Under the pieces are notes generated by a model that saw only the letters and a program-made list of their open reading frames with translations, searched no databases and had not been told where the DNA came from. DNA of 38,840 nucleotides from Nitrospirota bacterium (GTDB taxonomy: Bacteria > Nitrospirota > Thermodesulfovibrionia > Thermodesulfovibrionales > UBA9159): contig JAMCWJ010000096.1 in assembly GCA_023475105.1 (NCBI GenBank), positions 1 through 38,840 of the forward strand. Direction: 5' to 3'. Below, piece by piece: positions 1-9,690 of this stretch. The stretch's first letter is position 1, and every line of letters starts with the position of its first letter. A program made the position numbers and the translations under genes.

Positions 1-281
1 GAGATTGTAAAAAGAGGGGAATACTTTACAAGAGCGGCTTAATGACTCTCACCAATCAAACTCTGAAATGCTTTCTCTTCTCCGAAGCGCTTACCTACTC
101 GTCTCCACCGCGCAGCGGTTTAGTCCTTCTACCAGCATTCCCCAATAATTGCAATGAGTTCAAGGTGAGTAGTATCAGGTGAATGCGAAAGTTTCAGAAG
201 GTGCAGTTGTCATGACAACGCTGGGGAGAGGCGAAAGTCGTTACTCTTTCGCGATGATCTCAAAATTCTCACGCCCCGGTC

Positions 282-899
282 CTAATGTTTGTGCTGTTCT
301 CCAGGGGGGGCCGGCTCGTGAATATGTCCGCTGCCGGCAACCGCATCCATGTGGAGCCGCTCCACGTAATGCGTAAAATCCACATACGCCGCCACAAAGG
401 CACGCCCCGCCTCCACTGTATAATCGGCATGCTTTCTTGCTTCAACAACCCTGGCGAACCGCTCACAGATGCCCTTGGCAGCCGCTTCGTTAACCAATTT
501 CACGAGATCCTCAGAAGAGCCGCTCTCCAGCGCCCTGTCGGCAGCAGCCACAGACGGCTCGACCGTTCCGGCAGGTTTCAGACCTGTATAGGGAGCGCCT
601 TCACCCGCCCGGTGAATGCGCACAAGGGTCTCGAAGAAATACATGTCTGCAAGTTCCTTCGCCTCGGCGCCTTTGCTTCTCACAACGAGGGTCTTTTTGA
701 ACAGTTCGCTGATCTCGCTCTCATTCTCTTTTTTCACCCACTTTAGGAGCGGCGTAACATCGCCCCTTTCCAGCGCCGCCTTCGCCGTGATTACCACGGG
801 ACCATCCAAGGTGTCGCAGTGGGCGGCGGCGAGGCCGGGAAGAATCAGGACCTCTAAACAAACGGTCAACACGGTGAGCAATAGTAGACCTGATTTCAT
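282..899 (-). CDS. secreted hypothetical protein with His-rich C-terminus (possible metal-binding periplasmic protein)
   Basis: N-terminal signal peptide (MKSGLLLLTVLTVCLEVLILPGLAAA). GGAGG RBS 5 nt upstream of the ATG at 899. C-terminal HIHEPAPPGEQHKH tail. No recognisable catalytic motif. Confidence 0.55.
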   Translation of the reverse strand: MKSGLLLLTVLTVCLEVLILPGLAAAHCDTLDGPVVITAKAALERGDVTPLLKWVKKENESEISELFKKTLVVRSKGAEAKELADMYFFETLVRIHRAGEGAPYTGLKPAGTVEPSVAAADRALESGSSEDLVKLVNEAAAKGICERFARVVEARKHADYTVEAGRAFVAAYVDFTHYVERLHMDAVAGSGHIHEPAPPGEQHKH

Positions 900-943
900 G
901 TGTCCTCCTTCTGCAATTGGAGGGGGATTGCTCCCCCCTTTCG

Positions 944-2176
944 TTATTTCTTTGCGAGTGCTTTCTCTGCTCTCAGTTTCCCGGCTTCATCCTTTATCTT
1001 CTGCAATGTCTCTTTCATCGGCGCCCATCCGTACCAGTGCGTATAGTCGGGGTTCATATGGAACGCGCCCTCAAAGGCCCTCATCCTGTACTCGAGGAAC
1101 ATCACGTAGAGGTCCTGCTCTATCGCGCTCTTTGCTTCATAAAACTGGAGCAGATCGGGTGCGATGGTCCAGTCAACCGGTTTTTTGAGAACTCCGTCTT
1201 GATAGAGTCCCTGGACCACCCTTATCGCCTCGGCCATAATCTTGTCCACGTCCCTTATCATCATGTCTCCTGCGTCGAGCTGGCCTTTCGCATAGTCAAC
1301 GCTGTGACATTTCGCGCATGTGGCGATCATCTTGTCCCTTTCCTTCTGGAATTCCTCCTTCGTGAGCCGTGCAACCTTCCCGGCCTTTACGAGGTCGAGC
1401 CTCGCCGTTGGATTGCCTTTTTCATCGAGGACCCCGAGGGCCTGAAGGATCGTCACCCTGTCGTTCATCCAGTCCTTGTCGTCCTCAGGAAGCCGCAACG
1501 CAAGAAATCCCCATGCGGTCATGACTTCATGATTTCCGTTCTGCATGTGGCAGGTCTGGCATGTGGGCGCCCTTTTGGACTTGTTGCCTTCTATCTGCCA
1601 GATAGTGCCGTGTTTCGAGGTGGACCACATCTCCCACTGCGGATGGTCAAATCCCATGTGGCAGGTCTGGCATGCCCTGGGGTCGCGGGCCTCTGATTTC
1701 TTGAAGGAATGTCTCGTGTGGCATGAGTCGCACTGGGCATGGCCGTACCGGGAGAGGGCCTTTTCCGCATCGCTCTTGCCGCCGATCTTATGGCAGCTCG
1801 AACATCCTTTATATCCTTCGCCGGTTATGGCCTTCGGTTGATGCCCCATCATCGGCATGGAGACCGCGGCAATCCATGCCAAGTTGTGTTTTCCCGCCTT
1901 GAACTGCTTCACCTGTTTTTCATGACAGCCCGCGCATGTCTCCGGAGTCGGCAGCTTGGCGAGCTTTGCGTCATCCATCCTCATATGCTCAGAACCGTGA
2001 CAGGTCGAACAATCGACCCCCTTCTTTGACATCTTTCCTTCGAGATACTGTTGGACCACACCCGGTGTCACCTTCTTGTGACAGTTGATACACGCACTTT
2101 TGGGGCTCGCAGCAAAGGACGCACCGCTGAAAAGCAGCACAAATCCGAGCATGAGCGCCGCGCTCAAATACTTCAT
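944..2176 (-). CDS. octaheme c-type cytochrome, hydroxylamine-oxidoreductase (HAO)/octaheme family-like
   Basis: Signal peptide. Eight CXXCH motifs in order (CINCH, CSTCH, CAGCH, CSSCH, CDSCH, CQTCH, CQTCH, CAKCH). Long helical C-terminal region after the last heme, as in HAO-type octaheme proteins. No CXXCK motif, which argues against ONR-type. Confidence 0.75.
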   Translation of the reverse strand: MKYLSAALMLGFVLLFSGASFAASPKSACINCHKKVTPGVVQQYLEGKMSKKGVDCSTCHGSEHMRMDDAKLAKLPTPETCAGCHEKQVKQFKAGKHNLAWIAAVSMPMMGHQPKAITGEGYKGCSSCHKIGGKSDAEKALSRYGHAQCDSCHTRHSFKKSEARDPRACQTCHMGFDHPQWEMWSTSKHGTIWQIEGNKSKRAPTCQTCHMQNGNHEVMTAWGFLALRLPEDDKDWMNDRVTILQALGVLDEKGNPTARLDLVKAGKVARLTKEEFQKERDKMIATCAKCHSVDYAKGQLDAGDMMIRDVDKIMAEAIRVVQGLYQDGVLKKPVDWTIAPDLLQFYEAKSAIEQDLYVMFLEYRMRAFEGAFHMNPDYTHWYGWAPMKETLQKIKDEAGKLRAEKALAKK

Positions 2177-2412
2177 ACCAATCTCCTCCTTTTGATCGCA
2201 TTATGTGTCTTCCCTGATCCTAGTGCTGTTTCAGATACTGAATGTCACACCCTTTCTGCCTCTGATTTTACCTCTCCGATAGTTCCCTGATCTCCCTCTT
2301 GAAATGAAACCGGAATAATTTTAGAGGTTGCGGGGCGTTCCCTCTATGATTTCCATCATAGTATCAAATGGAAAAAAAACAAGAGATTCGAAGAACCCCG
2401 GATTTATGTTCT

Positions 2413-3519
2413 CTAGCTGATCCTCTTCCTGAATCTCAGTGCGCTTATCGCTATCACCACCACGCCCAGAACAAACAATGAACCCATTTGCGGCCAGAGG
2501 ATGTCCAAGCCGTTGCCCTTCAAGAATATGCCCCTGATTATTATGAGAAAATATCTGAGGGGATTTATGTAAGTTCCATACTGAATTATCTCCGGCATAT
2601 TCTCTATCGGGAACATAAAACCCGAAAGCAGAACAGCAGGTATATAAAAAAGAAATGTCGCCATCATCGCCTGCTGCTGGGTTCTTGATATGGTGGATAT
2701 GAAAAGACCTATGCCCAACACTGAAAAGAGATAGATTGCCGTAGCCAAAGGCATCAGCTGTATCGGGCCTTTTATTGGAATATCGAACCAGAATATGCCC
2801 ACCATTGTCACAAGAAATACATCAAAGAAACCTATGATGGCAAAGGGAATTGTCTTGCCGAGCATAAGTTCAATCGGCTTTAATGGTGTGACCATGAGCT
2901 GCTCCATAGTTCCTATCTCCCTTTCGCGCACGACAGCCATTGATGTGAGCAAAAGGCAGGTGAGCATTATAACTATGGCAATAACTCCCGGCACATTGTA
3001 ATTCTTGCTCCTCAAATCCGGGTTATACCATGCCCTTGTGCGCAAATCAATCCTGACGGGCTCAACTCTTTGCCTTTCCATATCCTTTGTATACTTGATA
3101 ATAACCCTATTTGCATAATCCATAGCGACCGTCGCGGTATTAGAGTCCGTCCCGTCAACGAGTATCTGCACCTCCGTCTGCCTGCGATTTTTTAAATCCG
3201 ATGAAAAGCCTCTGTCTATCTGAAGCGCAGTGGCGATCTTGCCTCTGTCAAGCAGTTCCCGTATTTCGTCGGGCGATTGCGCCACGTATCTGATATCGAA
3301 ATATCCGGAGGATTTTAGCCTCCTTACAAGCTCCCGGCTCTCATATGATTTATCGAGGTCGTATATGGCCGTGGAGATATTGTTCACATCCGTCGTAACC
3401 GCATAGCCGAAGGCGAGTAGCTGCATGATAGGGGTTAAGAAGACGATGGCGATCATCCTTCTGTCCCTGAAGACCTGGATGAATTCCTTGATGATCATCT
3501 GTTTTATGCGTTCAAACAT
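2413..3519 (-). CDS. ABC-2 type transporter permease (YbhS/YbhR-like)
   Basis: 368 aa with N-terminal TM, large periplasmic loop, then a 5-TM C-terminal ABC-2 membrane domain. Paralogous to the adjacent permease. The start overlaps the stop of the upstream gene at 3519. Confidence 0.85.
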   Translation of the reverse strand: MFERIKQMIIKEFIQVFRDRRMIAIVFLTPIMQLLAFGYAVTTDVNNISTAIYDLDKSYESRELVRRLKSSGYFDIRYVAQSPDEIRELLDRGKIATALQIDRGFSSDLKNRRQTEVQILVDGTDSNTATVAMDYANRVIIKYTKDMERQRVEPVRIDLRTRAWYNPDLRSKNYNVPGVIAIVIMLTCLLLTSMAVVREREIGTMEQLMVTPLKPIELMLGKTIPFAIIGFFDVFLVTMVGIFWFDIPIKGPIQLMPLATAIYLFSVLGIGLFISTISRTQQQAMMATFLFYIPAVLLSGFMFPIENMPEIIQYGTYINPLRYFLIIIRGIFLKGNGLDILWPQMGSLFVLGVVVIAISALRFRKRIS

Positions 3520-4628
3520 TACACAATCCTCTTTTTGAACTTTTTATTCGCCAGCGCAAGTACCGCCAAACCAAAGACCGTCAGCAACACTGTCTCAAGA
3601 ACGAGAAACTTCAAAGTGATACCCTTCAGAAATATCCCCTTCAGTATCGATACAAAATATCGCGCGGGTATGGCATAAGTAATAATCTGAAGCGGTTTCG
3701 GCATGTTCGCTATGGCATACATGAACCCTGAAAGGAGAAACGCGGGGAGAAATGTTGCGACCATCGAAATCTGGCTTGCCACAAGCTGAGATTTTGCGGC
3801 AATCGATATGAGTATGCCCAGGCTCAGCCCTCCGAAGAGAAAGATCGACGAAAGTGCCGCAAGTAGAACAAGGTTCCCCCTTAAAGGGACATCAAATATG
3901 AAAACGGCCATCATGACCGAGAGTATGACATCAATGAAGCCTATAACGAAGTAGGGGATGAGCTTGCCGAGTATGAGTTCGGGCGTCTTTACCGGTGTGG
4001 ATATCAACTGTTCCATGGTTCCCCTTTCCCACTCACGTGCAATGGTAAGCGAGGTGAGGAGCGCGGCAATGACCGCCATAATGACCGCGATGAGTCCAGG
4101 GATTATGTAGTTCCTCGACTTGAGTTCTGGGTTGTACCAAACCCTTACCCTGGGGTCTATGAGGGGGGTAATACGACTCCCCTTTATTCTTTGGGAGTAG
4201 AGTTCTGTCACTGCGGATATATACCCTATCGCAATGGTTGCCGTGTTTGAGTCGCTTCCGTCAACGATCACTTGGAGTCCGGCATTTTCACCTTTTAGGA
4301 TATTCCTGGAGAAGTCCGCAGGAATTGCTATTGCCACCTGGGCTTTACCCGAATCGAGATACCTGTCGATCTCCCTATGTTCATTCACATTGTCGACAAC
4401 CGTAAAGTACCCTGATTCGCGAAATTCTGTTATAAGCTCTCTGCTCAGGTTGCTCTTGTCGAGATCGTAGACAACGGTTTTCAGATTATTCACATCGAGA
4501 GTTATCGCATACCCGAAGATAAAGAGGAGCATCACCGGCATAAGGAATGCCATAGCCAGACTCAGGGGATCACGCCATATCTGTATCAGCTCCTTCTTTG
4601 CGATGGCCTTGATTCTTAAGACTTTCAT
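3519..4628 (-). CDS. ABC-2 type transporter permease (YbhR/YbhS-like)
   Basis: 369 aa with the same architecture as 2413..3519, about 40% similar by eye. Lies downstream of two ATPase genes in the same orientation. Confidence 0.85.
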   Translation of the reverse strand: MKVLRIKAIAKKELIQIWRDPLSLAMAFLMPVMLLFIFGYAITLDVNNLKTVVYDLDKSNLSRELITEFRESGYFTVVDNVNEHREIDRYLDSGKAQVAIAIPADFSRNILKGENAGLQVIVDGSDSNTATIAIGYISAVTELYSQRIKGSRITPLIDPRVRVWYNPELKSRNYIIPGLIAVIMAVIAALLTSLTIAREWERGTMEQLISTPVKTPELILGKLIPYFVIGFIDVILSVMMAVFIFDVPLRGNLVLLAALSSIFLFGGLSLGILISIAAKSQLVASQISMVATFLPAFLLSGFMYAIANMPKPLQIITYAIPARYFVSILKGIFLKGITLKFLVLETVLLTVFGLAVLALANKKFKKRIV

Positions 4629-4665
4629 CTTTCTTTCCTCGCTGCGCGTAGCGCGTTACGGTTTT

Positions 4666-5592
4666 TCATGCCGCCTCTATCAACGTGACGAAGACATCTT
4701 CCAGGGACGGCATGATCCTTTCGATCCTGAACACGTGTATCTGCGATTCCTCAATGGCCTTCCTAATCGTGGGGATCGCATGCTCGGCGCTGATGACCGT
4801 GGCGTGGATAAGACTGCCGAAGAGCGCTGTCTCTATCCCTTGTCGATGCAGCACCTCCATTGCTTCCACCGGCCTCCCGGCCTCGATTTCGAGCACATCC
4901 CTTGGCATGTGTTTTTGTTTCATCTCGAGAGGTGTGCCTTCGGCAATGACCCTTCCCCGGTAGATTAGGGCGAGCCTATCGCAGTACTCCGCCTCGTCCA
5001 TATAATGAGTTGTTACGAAGATCGTCGTTCCGGACCGCGACATGCCGTAGATGAGATCCCAGAAATTCCGTCGCGATACAGGGTCCACACCTGAAGTAGG
5101 CTCATCGAGAAAGATAATCGGCGGCTCATGGAGAATGGCGCACCCGAGGGCTAGCCTTTGCTTGAAGCCACCTGGGAGCGTTTTTGTGACGGCCCTCCTC
5201 CGGTCTTGAAGGCCCGCCATCTCAAGCACCCATTCCTCCCTTTTTTTCTTCCTGCTGTTTGAGACGCCGTAGATACCGCTGAAGAACTCTATATTTTCCC
5301 CTACCGTGAGATCGTCATACAGAGAAAACTTCTGCGACATGTAGCCTATGGTCTTCTTGATCTCTTCTGATTCTTTCATGATGTCGTATCCGCCGACCGA
5401 ACCCTCCCCGCCCGCGGGCAGAAGGAGGCCGCAGAGCATCTTGATTGTGGTGGACTTACCCGCACCGTTCGGTCCCAGAAACCCGAAGATCTCGCCCTTT
5501 TTCACGCTGAGATCGATCATGTCAACAGCGGTGAAATCGCCAAAGCGCTTCGTCAACCCCCGGACCTTCACCGCGATGGTGCTTCTGTTCAT
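4666..5592 (-). CDS. ABC transporter ATP-binding protein
   Basis: Walker A GPNGAGKSTT, ABC signature LPGGFKQRL, Walker B IIFLDEPTSGVD. Confidence 0.9.
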   Translation of the reverse strand: MNRSTIAVKVRGLTKRFGDFTAVDMIDLSVKKGEIFGFLGPNGAGKSTTIKMLCGLLLPAGGEGSVGGYDIMKESEEIKKTIGYMSQKFSLYDDLTVGENIEFFSGIYGVSNSRKKKREEWVLEMAGLQDRRRAVTKTLPGGFKQRLALGCAILHEPPIIFLDEPTSGVDPVSRRNFWDLIYGMSRSGTTIFVTTHYMDEAEYCDRLALIYRGRVIAEGTPLEMKQKHMPRDVLEIEAGRPVEAMEVLHRQGIETALFGSLIHATVISAEHAIPTIRKAIEESQIHVFRIERIMPSLEDVFVTLIEAA

Positions 5593-6512
5593 CTTCCCTC
5601 CACCTGCGACAGGAAGATATCTTCTATCGATGGCGTGATCTCTCTCAGGCTGCTGATCTTAATGCCAGAATCTCCAAGACGCTCGACAACCCGTCGGGAA
5701 ATGTCCGGGGATTCAAGCGTCGCATGGAGCCTGTCTCCGTAGAGATTCACGCTCCTCACCCCGTCCACGCCCCTCACGGCTTCCAGCGCGGCCCGCGAAT
5801 CTTCGACCCACACCTCGATCATCGGATATCCAAGAGAGTTCTTTACTATCGCAGGGCTGTCCTCAATGAGGATTCTTCCCTTGTGGATAAGTCCGATCCT
5901 TCCGCACCTCTCTGCCTCATCAAGATATGCCGTCGAGACAAATATGGTCACCTCCTCTTTCAGGAGATCATAGAGGATCCTCCAGAAGTCCCTCCTCGAC
6001 ACAGGGTCGACCCCGTTCGTCGGCTCATCGAGGAAAAGCACTTCAGGGGTGTGGATCAGAGCGCAGGCAAGTCCGAGCTTCTGCTTCATACCGCCGGAAA
6101 GCTTTCCTGCGAGCCTGTCTTTGAAAGGTGTCAGGTTGCTGAAGCCAAGGAGCCTTTCGATCCTCTGCGGCCTCTCACTTTGCGGCACCTCATAGAGATC
6201 TGCATAAAAGAAAATGTTTTCCATTACCGTGAGATCCTCGTAAAGGCCGAACCTCTGGGACATGTAACCGATTTTTTCCTTAATCCTCTCCCCCTCTTGT
6301 GCAATAGAATGGCCCGCTACCCAGGCCTTGCCCGATGTCGGCCCCATGACGGCAGTGAGAAGCCTCATAATTGTCGTTTTTCCTGCACCGTCCGGACCGA
6401 CAAGCCCGAACAACTCACCTTTTTCAATCTCAAGGTTCAGGTTGTCAACAGCAATGTTGTCACCGAAAGACTTGGTCAGGTTTAACATCCTTATTGCTAT
6501 CGCTTTATTCAT
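5589..6512 (-). CDS. ABC transporter ATP-binding protein
   Basis: Walker A GPDGAGKTT, signature LSGGMKQKL, Walker B VLFLDEPTNGVD. 4-nt overlaps with both neighbouring genes indicate translational coupling. Confidence 0.9.
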   Translation of the reverse strand: MNKAIAIRMLNLTKSFGDNIAVDNLNLEIEKGELFGLVGPDGAGKTTIMRLLTAVMGPTSGKAWVAGHSIAQEGERIKEKIGYMSQRFGLYEDLTVMENIFFYADLYEVPQSERPQRIERLLGFSNLTPFKDRLAGKLSGGMKQKLGLACALIHTPEVLFLDEPTNGVDPVSRRDFWRILYDLLKEEVTIFVSTAYLDEAERCGRIGLIHKGRILIEDSPAIVKNSLGYPMIEVWVEDSRAALEAVRGVDGVRSVNLYGDRLHATLESPDISRRVVERLGDSGIKISSLREITPSIEDIFLSQVEGR

Positions 6513-7492
6513 CGCAATAGTATCCTCACATCAGCAGGCATGCTCGGTTTCAGTTCGTCATTGACATTCTTCGCGCTCACCTTCACGCCAAAGACGAGTT
6601 TAACCCGCTCCTCCTGTGTCTGGACATTCTTTGGAGTAAACTCTGCTTCCGATGATATAAAGGTAACTGTGCCCTCATATTCTTTCCCCGGATAGGAATC
6701 AGTTTTGATCTCAGCCTTCTGCCCAAGTTTCACAAGACCGAGCTTATCCTCCTTCACATACACCTTTACCCAGGGGTTTTCAAGGTCGCCTATGGTGTAA
6801 ACAGGCATACCCGATGCCACTGTTTCACCAAGTTCGCTATTTTTCCTCAATATTACACCCGGGACCGGCGCATATATCACCGTGTCTTTCAATCTCTCTC
6901 CGGATGTAGTCAACGCTGCCTTTGCCTGCCGGACACGCTGCTCTGCAGCCTTTATCTCCTCTATTCTTGGCCCCTCTTTCACAAGACTCAACTTCTCTAA
7001 GGCGTTCTTCCGCTGTGACGCAGTGGTATCATATGCTTTGCTTGCAGCATCAAACTGGGAAGCCGGGATTGCACCGTTTCTATAAAGCATCTCGGCCCTC
7101 TCGTAATCCTTCTTTGCCTTGTTCAGTTCCGCCTCTGCCTGGCTCACATTCGCCCGTGCCTGCTCAATCTCCTGGGGTCTCGAACCGACCCTGAGTTCTT
7201 CAAGTCTTGCCCTGGTCTCATTCAGATATGCCCTGTTTTGTGCAACAATGCTTTCAAGTTCAGCGCTATCAAGGACGGCAAGCCTGTCGCCCTTTCCAAC
7301 CTTCTGGCCTTCTTCCGCCAAAAGCTCCACCACTCTTCCCGGGAGCTTGAATCCCATATTCACCTCTGTAACTTCCACATTCCCTGAGACGGCAAGGATT
7401 CCAGGCTCCTCCTGATTGCCAAAGCGATGTATCAGAAACGCGGATACAACTATTAAAAAGAGAATTCCAACAAGCAATAATTTCTTCTTCAT
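6509..7492 (-). CDS. HlyD-family membrane fusion (periplasmic adaptor) protein, YbhG-like
   Basis: N-terminal TM anchor, long coiled-coil region, then a beta-barrel/lipoyl-like C-terminus. GGAGG RBS upstream of the ATG at 7492. Sits between the TolC-like and ABC genes. Confidence 0.85.
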   Translation of the reverse strand: MKKKLLLVGILFLIVVSAFLIHRFGNQEEPGILAVSGNVEVTEVNMGFKLPGRVVELLAEEGQKVGKGDRLAVLDSAELESIVAQNRAYLNETRARLEELRVGSRPQEIEQARANVSQAEAELNKAKKDYERAEMLYRNGAIPASQFDAASKAYDTTASQRKNALEKLSLVKEGPRIEEIKAAEQRVRQAKAALTTSGERLKDTVIYAPVPGVILRKNSELGETVASGMPVYTIGDLENPWVKVYVKEDKLGLVKLGQKAEIKTDSYPGKEYEGTVTFISSEAEFTPKNVQTQEERVKLVFGVKVSAKNVNDELKPSMPADVRILLR

Positions 7493-8811
7493 TGAGATAC
7501 CTCCTCTTTGTATATGTCCTCACCAATTGCTCTCCTTAAGGATGCAACAGCGATATGCTTATCGAAATTTGCCTGATAAAAGTCGGCTTCGGCCCTGAGG
7601 AGTGCTGTCTGGGCATCGATTACGTCGGCGCTTGTACCTGCACCTGTTTCGTACTTCAAAAGCTCTATCCGGAGGTTTTCCTTCGCGGTTTCAATCGCTT
7701 TTCCAGAGACGTCAATCCTCTCCCCCGCGTTTTCGATGTTCAGATATGCATCCCTTATTTCCCGAAGTATCTCAAGTCGCAAAGTCCGTTCCTCTTCTTT
7801 AACCTTTTCAGCCTCCTTTCTTGCCCGGTTCACTTCCGCCTTTATGCTTCCCCCGTCAAAGATGGGAAGAGACAATCTCAGTGCAAGATTCCAGTTCTCC
7901 TTCAATGTAACACTCTCTCCAGAGCTCTCAGAGTATCCACCGCTCAGATAAACGTGGGGAAGCCGCTTCCCTTGCACAAGTCTTATCTGCTCCTCAGCCA
8001 ATCTCTGATTCTTCAGGACCGCCTGATAATCGGGCCTCTGAGAAAGGGCCCTTGCGGTACTTTCCTCGGGAGAATACCTGAAGACCAACGGCTCTTCGCC
8101 GACAACGGAGATCTTCCTCGTCTGGTCCTCAATACCCATGAGCGTCTTGAGGACTTCATATGCGCTTTCGAGATTATTCCTGGTAAGCAGGGCATTCTGC
8201 CTTGCATGGGCAAGTTCGGTCTCTGTTTTTAATAGCTCCACCTTCGGTACTGTCCCCGCCTGAAGGAAGAGTTCCACATTCTTCCTGTGCGCCTCCAGCT
8301 GCTTCACGGATGCCTCGTTTGCTTCAAGGAGTCTGTCGAGCTGTCCGATTTTATAGAAGACGCTCGTTACGTTGTAAATGAGTTCCTGCCTGCTCACCTG
8401 AAACGTATCCTCTGCTATGCGTTTCTTAATCTCTGCAATCGCAACACCTCTGTCGAGACGGCCACCCCTGTATAAAGGAAGAAAGAAGGAGACACCCATG
8501 TCATATATGGTGTTGTCGAACTCGGGGAATGCCGCACCTGCAAGAGGATTACCCGAGATAGGAGTAACCGGAGCAGGATAGCGGTATCTTGTTATCCCGC
8601 TGCTGAAATCAACCCTCGGCAGCCTTTCGGCCTTTGCCCTGTCGATTCCATAGGTTTCGATTTCCACATCCTTGCCTGATGCGGCAAGTCTCGGATTGTT
8701 CTTCAAAGCAAAATCAACTGCCTCTGATAAGGCGTAGGGAACCGCATCAGCATCGGCAAGGGCTGCATCGGGCAGCAGAATCAGGCACATGATGACAAGC
8801 AGTTTTTTCAT
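7489..8811 (-). CDS. TolC-family outer-membrane efflux protein
   Basis: Signal peptide (MKKLLVIMCLILLPDAALA). Two repeated helical/beta halves typical of outer-membrane factors. GGAGGAGG RBS upstream of the ATG at 8811. Confidence 0.85.
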   Translation of the reverse strand: MKKLLVIMCLILLPDAALADADAVPYALSEAVDFALKNNPRLAASGKDVEIETYGIDRAKAERLPRVDFSSGITRYRYPAPVTPISGNPLAGAAFPEFDNTIYDMGVSFFLPLYRGGRLDRGVAIAEIKKRIAEDTFQVSRQELIYNVTSVFYKIGQLDRLLEANEASVKQLEAHRKNVELFLQAGTVPKVELLKTETELAHARQNALLTRNNLESAYEVLKTLMGIEDQTRKISVVGEEPLVFRYSPEESTARALSQRPDYQAVLKNQRLAEEQIRLVQGKRLPHVYLSGGYSESSGESVTLKENWNLALRLSLPIFDGGSIKAEVNRARKEAEKVKEEERTLRLEILREIRDAYLNIENAGERIDVSGKAIETAKENLRIELLKYETGAGTSADVIDAQTALLRAEADFYQANFDKHIAVASLRRAIGEDIYKEEVSQ

Positions 8812-8862
8812 AAAATCCTCCTCCTAAGCAAATCTTGACTTACATAGGAAAAACAAAAAAAT

Positions 8863-9474
8863 TTAGGTTGCGACGCATGTTCTAAAATTTTCCCATAATT
8901 TCATCCCCTCATCCACAAGAGGAAATGAAAAACCGCTAAGAGACCACCTCATCGCAGTGACCTGTACCATCCCGATGAGCATCAATGCAGCAGCTTTTGG
9001 ATTGAGGTCTCTTTTGATCACGCCTCCTTTCTGACCTTCACTTACGACGGACTCCAGCCGTGCAGCATAGGCGCCAATGGCGTTGAGCAGTGTTCTCTTG
9101 AGCTCTTCGTTTCCTGCATGAATTTCTTCAGAAAACACGAGCCTCGGGATTCCACCATTTCTCTCTATGTAGTCAAGGTGCAGCATAAAAGCCTTTCTCA
9201 GCTTTACCAGGGGAGAATCGGCAACGCCGGTGTTCGAAACGTTTTCGAGGTTTCTCAGGAGCTCCTCTCCGATTTTTTCTACTGTTGCGGAAAGGATTTC
9301 TTCTTTGCTTCCGAAATGCCTGTAAAGGTTCGCCTCCGAAATTCCGATCTCTCGCGCGAGTGCGGCAGTGGTAAGACCGCTCATCCCTTTAGCGCTGAGG
9401 ATCTTCATTGTGGCCTGAACAATTTGCCCACGCCTCGTATCCCTGCTCATTTTCACAGCTCTGTCCCTGTCCAA
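8863..9474 (-). CDS. TetR/AcrR-family transcriptional regulator
   Basis: N-terminal HTH (TTAALAREIGISEANLYRHFGSKEEIL) typical of TetR. It is the first gene of the minus-strand efflux operon. Confidence 0.85.
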   Translation of the reverse strand: MDRDRAVKMSRDTRRGQIVQATMKILSAKGMSGLTTAALAREIGISEANLYRHFGSKEEILSATVEKIGEELLRNLENVSNTGVADSPLVKLRKAFMLHLDYIERNGGIPRLVFSEEIHAGNEELKRTLLNAIGAYAARLESVVSEGQKGGVIKRDLNPKAAALMLIGMVQVTAMRWSLSGFSFPLVDEGMKLWENFRTCVAT

Positions 9475-9481
9475 CCCCTCC

Positions 9482-9499
9482 TAAGTGAATATTCACTTA
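9482..9499. promoter_or_regulatory. perfect 18-bp palindrome TAAGTGAATATTCACTTA, putative TetR operator
   Basis: The palindrome lies 8 bp upstream of the tetR start codon in the divergent intergenic region. A degenerate related site, TAAGCAAATCTTGACTTA, occurs at 8825..8842 upstream of tolC. Confidence 0.45.
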
Positions 9500-9690
9500 C
9501 ATTATGCCCGGCAGACTGCCCACTTTTTATGACTTAGATCATATAAGGGTATTCTTCTGATAGAGTAAGATTAATACTTCCCCACATGCTCCTGCCTCCC
9601 CTCCCACAAAGGCAGGCAGCATCCCCCTATGATGTATGTCATACCGGCCGCCCTCGTTTTCCGTTATAAATAGTACTAAGGCATGTTTCG

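Noticed and set aside
1-281. Possible structured RNA or riboswitch in the ORF-free leader region
   Set aside because: Only weak, imperfect hairpins could be drawn by eye (for example around 215-250). No recognisable tRNA, RNase P, tmRNA or riboswitch consensus. Unresolved without covariance-model searches such as Rfam/Infernal.
5724-6485. 253-aa + strand ORF
   Set aside because: Antisense to the ABC ATPase gene, which has Walker A/B and signature motifs.
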